A stretch of DNA of 64,000 nt from an uncultured delta proteobacterium (GTDB taxonomy: Bacteria > Desulfobacterota > Desulfuromonadia > Desulfuromonadales > JACZKF01). The stretch spans positions 1 through 64,000 of the forward strand of contig CAWFKQ010000001.1 in NCBI GenBank assembly GCA_963816395.1, given 5' to 3'. Numbering within the stretch: the stretch's first letter is position 1; every line of letters starts with the position of its first letter. The notes under the pieces are model-generated. The model was not told the origin of the DNA, made no database searches, and saw only the letters and a list, made by a program, of their open reading frames with translations. Both the position numbers and the translations under genes were made by a program. Shown here one piece after another: positions 56,624-64,000 of the stretch.

Positions 56624-57479
56624 CAACGGCCTCCGCGTACTGCTCTTCGGCATGGTAGGAGGAGCGTACCAGCGGCCCCGCCTCGACGTGGCGGAAGCCG
56701 AACTCCAGGGCCTGGCGGCGCCAGTCGGCGAACTCGGCCGGGGGAGCGAAGCGGGCCACCGGGTGGTGGTCTCGGCTGGGGGCGAGATACTGGCCGAGGG
56801 TGAGGAGGGAGACCCCGGCCCGGCGCAGCGCCGTCAGCGTCTCCAGCACTTCCTCCGGCGTTTCGCCCAGTCCGAGCATGATCCCCGATTTGGTCGCGAG
56901 CTCCGGGGCCATATCCCTGGCGAGCGCCAGCAGCTGCAGAGAGCGTTCATAGAAGGCGCCGCGCCGGACGGCAGGGTAGAGGCGGGGAACGGTTTCCAGG
57001 TTGTGCCCGAGGATGTCGGGGGCGGCGGCGAGGATTGTCGCCAGGGCCCGGCGGTCGCCGGCGAGATCGGAGATCAGCAGTTCCACCCGGCAATCCGGGG
57101 CCGCCTGCCTGATCGCCCCGGTGACCGCGGCGAAGTGGGCGGCGCCGCCGTCGGCCAGGTCGTCGCGGGTGACGGTGGTGATTACCGCATGGCGCAGGCC
57201 GAGCTCTGCCACCGCGCGGGCGATCTTCGCCGGTTCGGCGGGATCGGGGGGGAGGGGCGAGCCGTCACGCACGTTGCAGAAGGCGCAGCCGCGGGTGCAG
57301 ATATCCCCGAGGATCATGAAAGTGGCGGTGCCGCGGCTCCAGCATTCTCCCTGGTTGGGGCAGGCGGCGCTGCGGCAGACCGAGCGCAGCCCCTCCTGCC
57401 GGTGCCAGCGGTCAATGCGGGCGTAATTGGGGCCGGCGGGAAAGCGGACCTTAAGCCAGTCGGGCTTACGAGATTTCAT
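56613..57479 (-). CDS. lipA: Lipoyl synthase
   Basis: KPDWLK, C-x4-C-x5-C, CTRGCAFC radical SAM motif, VRSSY. Confidence 0.96.
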   Translation of the reverse strand: MKSRKPDWLKVRFPAGPNYARIDRWHRQEGLRSVCRSAACPNQGECWSRGTATFMILGDICTRGCAFCNVRDGSPLPPDPAEPAKIARAVAELGLRHAVITTVTRDDLADGGAAHFAAVTGAIRQAAPDCRVELLISDLAGDRRALATILAAAPDILGHNLETVPRLYPAVRRGAFYERSLQLLALARDMAPELATKSGIMLGLGETPEEVLETLTALRRAGVSLLTLGQYLAPSRDHHPVARFAPPAEFADWRRQALEFGFRHVEAGPLVRSSYHAEEQYAEAVDGG

Positions 57480-57502
57480 ACCGGAAAAAACCTTAATGGT
57501 TT

Positions 57503-57580
57503 AATGCGGAGGCGCAGAGGCGCTGAGGACGTAAAACCTGGGACAATCGATTCTCACCGCGTCTCCGCGCCTCTGCATTA
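57503..57580. repeat. Intergenic octamer inverted repeat
   Basis: aatgcggaggcgcagaggcgc...cgcgtctccgcgcctctgcatt. Confidence 0.6.
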
Positions 57581-58290
57581 AGGCCCCCGCAGGCCCTGGC
57601 GAACAGCTCCGGGTCCATAGTCATACAGTCCGGCATGTTCGCAGTCAAAGACCTCGACAAAGGCGGCGATGATCGCTTCCTCCACCTCGGGTAGGAGCAC
57701 GGGCCGGCCAAGGAGGCGTTCCATCGACGTCATCCTCACCCCCTGGAGCCCGCAGGGGACGATGGCGGAAAAACCGGACAGATCGGCGGCAAGGTTGAGG
57801 GCGAAGCCATGCCAGCTTATCCAATGACGGACCGCGACGCCGATGGAGGCGATCTTTTCCCCCTTCACCCAGACCCCGGTTTTGCCGACGGCCCGCTCAC
57901 CGGTCACGCCGAAAACGTCCAAAGTCCGGATCAGCACCTCTTCCAGGCGGCGCAGGTGGCGGTGCAGGTCGCGCCCGTGGGGCTGCAGATCGACAATCGG
58001 ATAACCGACCAGCTGCCCCGGGCCGTGAAAGGTCACGCCGCCGCCCCGCCCAGTCTCCGCCACCTCGATGCCGTACCGCGCCAGCTCTTCCGGCGGCAGG
58101 AGCAGGTGCCCCGGACGGGCTCTCCGGCCGCAGGTGATCACCGGCGGATGCTCCAGGAGGATGAGAATATCTTCCTCCTCCCGGCGGCGGCGGTCAAGGA
58201 GGAATTCCTGCAGCGCGACGGCCTCCCGATAGGGAAGCCGTCCCGGGCACAGGGTGCGGAAGCGGCGGGCGCCGGGGCGGTCGGCCCGAC
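57578..58290 (-). CDS. lipB: Lipoyl(octanoyl) transferase (frameshifted near 58190; start uncertain)
   Basis: LEHPPVIT, RGGGVTFHGPGQLVGYP, KIASIG, HGFALN, IVPCG. Confidence 0.9.
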
Positions 58291-58302
58291 CCGGCGCGCC
58301 GG

Positions 58303-58491
58303 CTATTCCCAGTGGATGCAGGAGACCGGACAGGAGTCGATCGCCTCCTGGATTTTCTCCTCGGGGGCGCCGGTGGGATCGTAGACTTCGGCCAGGCCGT
58401 CATCGTCCATGCGGAAGACTTCCGGAACGGTGTCCACGCACAGGTTGCAGCTGATGCAGACGTCCTTGTCGACGTAGGGGGTCTTGGCCAT
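58303..58491 (-). CDS. Monocluster [4Fe-4S]/[3Fe-4S] ferredoxin
   Basis: CISCNLC...CPVSCI. Confidence 0.92.
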   Translation of the reverse strand: MAKTPYVDKDVCISCNLCVDTVPEVFRMDDDGLAEVYDPTGAPEEKIQEAIDSCPVSCIHWE

Positions 58492-58505
58492 CGGGGATCT
58501 CCTTT

Positions 58506-58664
58506 TTAGATTTTTTCAAAGTTTGATTGATCGGCGCCGCACAGCGGGCAGACCCAATCGGCAGGCAGTTCCGTGAAGGGGGTTCCGGGATCGACGCCGT
58601 TGGCGGGATCCCCTTCGGCCGGATCATAGATGTAGTCGCAAATCAGACAACGGTACCTGTCCAT
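58506..58664 (-). CDS. Rubredoxin
   Basis: [12 protein letters not shown]...[11 protein letters not shown]. Confidence 0.96.
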   Translation of the reverse strand: MDRYRCLICDYIYDPAEGDPANGVDPGTPFTELPADWVCPLCGADQSNFEKI

Positions 58665-58807
58665 TCCATTCTCCTCCTGCTGGCATGTTGGATCGGTGGA
58701 TCGGGCGAAATGCACGGGTGTAAGTGTAGACGATTTCTTCCCGCCCGCAAGGCGCCCCCCAGCAAAACCCTGCAGGTGGGTCAGGGACCGGCTGATAATT
58801 GTTGGCC

Positions 58808-61195
58808 TTAATTTAGTGGGAGGAAAAGAATGTAAAACAGTACTTCGGGATCCAGATGAAATCTGTCAGAGAATGCCGTTGCAACAGCGGCGGATGGCAG
58901 CCAGAAACTCCCGTGCCTGTTCGACCGCCATAATCGCGTCATCATCCGTCGGTGCGACCATATCCTTGTAATCGGCAACCTGGCGGGCATCGAAGAGTTG
59001 ATGAAGCATCCGGGAATATCGCGTGTCCAGTTTGCCCGTGCGTACAAATTCCCGGTATTGAAATTTCCTGTTACTGTGAAATTTTCACCCGTGTCGGGGC
59101 GAGTTAAATAAAATACCATTTTCATTCCATTGTCGACCATAGGAAGTGACAGGGTAACTTGTATTCCAACACTTTCGCCTAGAACTATTTCATCTCCTCC
59201 CAGCAAAGACGCATCTTCGGTAAATGTAATCAAATCAATGCCACTGTAGAATTCTGCACGGTAGCAGATGAAAGGTCCCGTAGAGTTGTTTTTTATAGTT
59301 GCAGAAAATACAGAGCCAGCTTGCCAATAGTTGCCAACTTGCACTCCGCTCGAAGAAGTTGATACAGAAAATAGTTGAGAATAATCCGAATAGCTATTGA
59401 TGGTAATTGCATCTTCCAAACTACTCACCAGACCATCATCAACGATCAATTTCAGCACGTAAGTGCCGTCCATATCAGCAGTGAAAGTGGGATTAGCGGC
59501 AGCCGGGTCCGACAGGGTCGCCGTGCTGCCGGCCGGCAGTGAGATAGGAAGGTCCAGCTATAGGTCAGCTGATCGCCCTCAGATCGGAGTGGCGCTACCA
59601 TCCAAGGTGACAACAGCGCCGGTCGCCACGCTCTGGTCGGCACCCGCATTGGCGACAGGCGCCGAATTGGCTGTGGCCGCCGTGATGGTGACGGAGTCCG
59701 TCTGGCTGCTCACAGTGCCGTCATTGATGGACAGGCTCAGCACGTAGGTGCCGTCCAGATCAGCGGTTAAGGTGGGTTTGGCAATGGCCGGATCCGACAG
59801 AGCCGCAGAGCTGCCGGCTGGCCGTGAAGTAAAGGCCCAGCTGTAGGTCAGCTGATCGCCGTCGGCATCCGAGCTTTTGCTGCCGTCGAGAGTCACCAAG
59901 CTGCCGGTCGCTACATTTTGGTCGGGACCGGCATTGGCCACAGGAGCTGAGTTGGCAGTGGCCGCCGTGATGGTGACGGAATCGGCCTGGCTGCTCACAG
60001 TGCCGTCATTGACGGTCACGCTCAGCACGTAGGTGCCGTCCAGATCGGCGGTGAAGGTGGGTTTGGCAACGCTCGGGTCGGAGAGGCCTGCAGAGCTGCC
60101 CGTGGGCTTGGAGCTGATCATCCAGCTGTAGGTCAGCTGATCGCCGTCGGCATCCGAGCTGGCGCTGCCGTCGAGGGTCACGAGGCTGCCGGTCGCCACG
60201 TTCTGGTCGGCACCCGCATTGGCGACAGGCGCCGAATTGGCTGTGGCCGCCGTGATGGTGACGGAGTCCGTCTGGCTGCTCACAGTGCCGTCATTGATGG
60301 ACAGGCTCAGCACGTAGGTGCCGTCCAGATCAGCGGTGAAGGTGGGTTTGGCAATGGCCGGATCCGACAGAGCCAGCAGAGCTGCCGGCTGGCCGTGAAG
60401 TAAAGGCCCAGCTGTAGGTCAGCTGATCGCCGTCGGCATCCGAGCTTTTGCTGCCGTCGAGAGTCACCAAGCTGCCGGTCGCTACATTTTGGTCGGGACC
60501 GGCATTGGCCACAGGAGCTGAGTTGGCAGTGGCCGCCGTGATGGTGACGGAATCGGCCTGGCTGCTCACAGTGCCGTCATTGACGGTCACGCTCAGCACG
60601 TAGGTGCCGTCCAGATCGGCGGTGAAGGTGGGTTTGGCAACGCTCGGGTCGGAGAGGCCTGCAGAGCTGCCCGTGGGCTTGGAACTGATCATCCAGCTGT
60701 AGGTCAGCTGATCGCCGTCGGCATCCGAGCTGGCGCTGCCGTCGAGGGTCACGAGGCTGCCGGTCGCCACGTTCTGGTCGGCACCCGCATTGGCGACAGG
60801 CGCCGAGTTTCCAAAGGCTGCTGTAATCGTGACGGAATCCGCCTGGCTGCTTACAGTGCTGTCATTGACGGTCAGGCTCAGCACGTAGGTGCCGTCCAGG
60901 TCGGCAGTGAAGGTGGGCTTTGCAATTGCCGGGTCCGACAGGGTTGACGTGCTGCCTGCCGGCCGTGAAGTGAAGGCCCAGTTGTAGGTCAGTTGGTCGC
61001 CGTCGGCATCGGAGCTGGCGCTGCCGTCCAGCATGACAAGTGTGCCGGTCGTTACGCTCTGGTCGGTGCCTGCCTTGGCAACGGGAGCAGTATTGCCCGA
61101 ATCCCCACCGTCCCCGGAAGGACTATCCGAGCCTCCCCCCCGCCGCATCCAGCCAGCAATATCAATGCAACCAAAACAAACCACCATTTTTTCAT
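58808..61195 (-). CDS. Surface lipoprotein with six PKD/REJ-like Ig repeats and an AT-rich C-terminal domain (frameshifted)
   Basis: [17 protein letters not shown] lipobox; 95-aa repeats [10 protein letters not shown]...[17 protein letters not shown]...[10 protein letters not shown]. Confidence 0.85.
58866..59054 (-). pseudogene. C-terminal half of a HEPN domain protein
   Basis: Hand translation: [29 protein letters not shown]...[10 protein letters not shown]; no N-terminus. Confidence 0.7.
59400..61090 (-). repeat. Tandem 285-bp repeats (6 units) with a near-identical 570-bp two-unit duplication
   Basis: gcacccgcattggcgacaggcgcc at 59640, 60210 and 60781. Confidence 0.9.
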
Positions 61196-61423
61196 ACCTT
61201 CCTCCCTCGTTTGGGCATGCGCCCTTCCATTGAGAGGGAGAAAGTCGGGTCATCGCGATCCATCAATCCCCCCTCGGATAAACCAGCATTCGCGAATATC
61301 GCACAATAGCAATATCCCACCTGACCTCTTTGGAATTTCTCATAATAGTTTGGGGATTGCGAAGAATCAAGGTCAAATTTTCCCATCTTGGGAAATCGAG
61401 GACTCACGGCCAATATCCGGGGC

Positions 61424-61570
61424 ATGAAGTCAATTTATGACCCGCGCTATGTAGCTATTATCAAACATCTCCGGCGGGTACGCCAAGCTCGGCATATTAC
61501 CCAGCAGGAGCTTGTGAAAAAGCTCGGTCGGCCGATGTCCTATATGACCAAGGTGGAGACTTTGGAGCGG
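61424..61570 (+). pseudogene. XRE-family HTH regulator, 3'-truncated
   Basis: MKSIYDPRY...ITQQELVKKLGRPMSYMTKVETLER, then reads into glutamate synthase antisense; upstream palindrome TTTCCCA-tct-TGGGAAA at 61379-61395. Confidence 0.7.
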
Positions 61571-64000
61571 ACCGGCGGGCGCACCGCCGTCCCTTCCGGC
61601 ACGATCTTGACGAAGCGGGTGCGGCAGCGGGCCAGCACCTGCTCCACCCAGTCGGCCTCTTCCGTCTGGTGCGAGTGGAGGAGCTCCCGGTGATACTGCA
61701 GGAGCAGCTCGCCGAGACCAGCCACATCCTCCTCTTCCAGATTGCGGATCTCCACTCCGGCGCCTCGGGCCAGGCGCCGGCGCAGGGCCTCGCGGGTCAT
61801 GCCCAGCGCCTCGTCGAGGTGGCAGTAGACCGTCCCGCCGGTCATGCCGGAGCAGATCCAGGGACCTGGGTCGCCCAGCACCACCGCCCTTCCGGCCGTC
61901 ATGTACTCGAAGGCGAAGCCCTTGACGTTGGCGCGGCCGGCGATATTGCCGGCGGTGTCGTCGAGGGGGCGGCGCAGGCGGCCGCCGAGGACCACATCGG
62001 CGCCGGAGAGGCGGATGCCGGCGCGGCTGTCGGCGTCTCCCTGGATGAAGAAGGTGCCGCCGGTGGCGCCGTAGGCCAGCCCCTTGCCGACGGCGCCGCC
62101 GACCCGCAGCCCATTGCGGTTCTCCCCCTTGAGGATGACGATGCGGCCGCCGCGGGCGCTCTTGCCGACGCCGTCCTGGGCGCCCCCCTCGACCCGGATG
62201 TTGATGCGCGGGATGTTGAAGGCGGCCAGGCCGTTGCCGGGGATCGAATCGCGGCCGAAGTGCAGCAGCACCTCTTTCCCCTCGCCGTAGCGCCCCTCGG
62301 CGACCGCCCGGGTCATGGCTCCGGCGAGCCGGGTGCCGATGGCCCGGTCGGAGCTCGAAGCGTTGTAATCGTCATAGCGTACGCGCTCCTCGCCGCCCTC
62401 GAAGGCCTCCGTAACCAGCCCGGCGATGAGGGAGGTCAGGTAGTTCAGCGGCTTGCGGATGATCCGCACCTTCGGCTCGCGGCGCCGGCCGCCATCGGCG
62501 GCGATCGGGGCGAGCAGATCGGTCAGGTCGAGACGCTCCTCTCCCTGCGCCTGCAGCAGCAGGTCGGCGCGGCCTACCAGGTCCTGGCTGCGGCGGATCC
62601 CGAGGCGGGCGGTGAGGGTGCGGATCTCCTCCCCGAGGGCGCGGAAGAAGGTGGTCTCGTAGATGACGCCGTTTTCCAGGACGCGGGGGACGAAGCGTTT
62701 CAGGCCGCGCCGGCCCGCCTCCTCCACCGTCTCCACCTGGGTGGCGATCCCCACGTGGCAGGTATCGAGGTGGCAGCCGCGACAGGCGGTGCAGCCGATC
62801 ACCACCATCGGCAGGGTGCCGAAGCCGACCCGGTTGGCCCCCAGCAGCATCAGCTTGACCACATCACGGCCGCTGCGGGCGCCGCCGTCCGCCCACAGCT
62901 CCACCCGCCGGCGCAGGCCGGCCTCGGCCAGGGCGCGGTGCGCCTCGCGCACGCCGATTTCGGCGGGCAGGCCGACGAACTTGATGGCGTGCTTGCGGGC
63001 GGCGCCGGTGCCGCCGTCATAGCCGCTGATGGTGATGATGTCGGCCCCCGCCTTGGCGATCCCCAGGCTGATGGTGCCGATGCCGGCCACCGCCGGCACC
63101 TTGACCGCGATGCGGGCGTGCGGATTGGCGGTGCGCAGCTCCTCGATGATCTGCGCCAGGTCCTCGATGGAGTAGATGTCGTGGTTATTGGAGGGGGAGA
63201 TCAGCCCCACCCCGATTGTGGCGTTGCGGGCGGCGGCGATCTTGGCGGTGACCTTGAAGCCGGGCAGGTGCCCGCCTTCCCCCGGCTTGGCCCCCTGGCC
63301 GACCTTGATCTCCAGCACGTCGGCGGAGTTGAGCAGGTCCATGTGCACGCCGAAACGGCCGGAGGCGACCTGCTGGCCGCGGTGGCGGCGGTACTTGCCG
63401 AGCATGTCGGCGATCTCCCCCCCCTCGCCGTTCATGCAGAGGATGTTCAGGCGCCTGGCCGCCTCGGCATAGATGCGAAAAGGGGTCTCCCCCTGCGAAC
63501 CGAAGCTCATGGCGGAGAAGAGGATCGGCAGGTCGTGACCGCCGACGGAGGTGTCCACCTCCTGCGGATCGACCGCCGGGGCATCGGCGAAGCGGAAGTC
63601 GATCAGATGGCGGATGGCCAGCGGGTTCTCCGCCTCCAGCTGCCGGATGTGGCGCGAGAGGTCGGTGTAGTTCTCCTCCATCTTGGCCACCGCCCCGACC
63701 ATCTTCCAGATGCGCGGGTAGAGGCGGAACTGGGCCGGCACCGGCTGCTTCTCCCGGCTGCGGGCGACGGCGTCGCGGGCGCGGTGGTCGCCTTCCAGGC
63801 GGGCGAAGGTCAGGCCGCCCCGCTCCGAGCCGCAGAAGTTGGGGGTCTGGAAGATCGCCGCCAGTTCCGGGGCGAGGCCGATAGAGGCGAAATACCTGCC
63901 GTAGCCGCCGATCTCGTGGGTGCCCATGGTGGAGATCACCTTCTCCAGCCCCTGCCGCAGCAGCGCGAGCAGGTTTCTCAGCCCGACTTCCTCGCGGGCG
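61540..64000 (-). CDS. gltB: Glutamate synthase large-subunit-like protein (FMN domain and GXGXG domain), 3' part
   Basis: AMSFGS, NGEGGE, QVASGRFGV, KVGQGAKPGEGGHLPG, HDIYSIEDLAQ, CxxCxxCHLDTC, EYMTAG. Confidence 0.92.
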   Translation of the reverse strand, partial: AREEVGLRNLLALLRQGLEKVISTMGTHEIGGYGRYFASIGLAPELAAIFQTPNFCGSERGGLTFARLEGDHRARDAVARSREKQPVPAQFRLYPRIWKMVGAVAKMEENYTDLSRHIRQLEAENPLAIRHLIDFRFADAPAVDPQEVDTSVGGHDLPILFSAMSFGSQGETPFRIYAEAARRLNILCMNGEGGEIADMLGKYRRHRGQQVASGRFGVHMDLLNSADVLEIKVGQGAKPGEGGHLPGFKVTAKIAAARNATIGVGLISPSNNHDIYSIEDLAQIIEELRTANPHARIAVKVPAVAGIGTISLGIAKAGADIITISGYDGGTGAARKHAIKFVGLPAEIGVREAHRALAEAGLRRRVELWADGGARSGRDVVKLMLLGANRVGFGTLPMVVIGCTACRGCHLDTCHVGIATQVETVEEAGRRGLKRFVPRVLENGVIYETTFFRALGEEIRTLTARLGIRRSQDLVGRADLLLQAQGEERLDLTDLLAPIAADGGRRREPKVRIIRKPLNYLTSLIAGLVTEAFEGGEERVRYDDYNASSSDRAIGTRLAGAMTRAVAEGRYGEGKEVLLHFGRDSIPGNGLAAFNIPRINIRVEGGAQDGVGKSARGGRIVILKGENRNGLRVGGAVGKGLAYGATGGTFFIQGDADSRAGIRLSGADVVLGGRLRRPLDDTAGNIAGRANVKGFAFEYMTAGRAVVLGDPGPWICSGMTGGTVYCHLDEALGMTREALRRRLARGAGVEIRNLEEEDVAGLGELLLQYHRELLHSHQTEEADWVEQVLARCRTRFVKIVPEGTAVRPPVRSKVSTLVI

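Noticed and set aside
59400..61090. Tandem repeats as CRISPR or DGR template/variable repeats
   Set aside because: They are in-frame 285-bp protein domain repeats, without spacers, adenine-specific variation or a reverse transcriptase.

Overview
GC-rich chromosomal segment from a Desulfuromonadia-like deltaproteobacterium (Desulfuromonas/Geobacter relative, inferred from gene order and protein similarity as I recognise it). Core content: cysH-cysD-cysN with an Rrf2 regulator; gluQ; rho-rpmE-thyX-prfA-prmC-murA-hisGDBHAFE; yqeY-cvpA-mutS2-dnaG-rpoD; tRNA(CAT); Nif3/zinc ribbon; RNase P RNA; a hybrid sensor kinase; MarR-TolC-EmrAB efflux; rbgA; sucAB; a rubredoxin-ferredoxin-lipB-lipA-trxB operon; and a glutamate synthase. 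Many conserved genes are split by 1-bp indels, most likely long-read assembly errors. The main accessory island (about 40.9-48.2 kb) carries a Y1 HUH (RAYT-like) transposase plus DUF3024, an IS110 remnant, a Lamassu/ABC-three-component defence operon with a SMEK-type effector, a TcmP-DUF5131 pair and a group II intron 3' remnant. The most striking signal is a 22-bp site (GGGGTCAAGTCTTTACTCTTGA) present in three full copies and one 17-bp copy. It brackets the HUH transposase unit as an inverted pair, marks the ends of a partial duplication and of the IS110 remnant, and supplies the identical last codons and stop (RVKT*) of both the transposase and the Lamassu ATPase. This suggests an HUH-driven gene-capture/cassette system. 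A second small island (about 58.8-61.6 kb) encodes a six-PKD-repeat lipoprotein between truncated HEPN and HTH genes.
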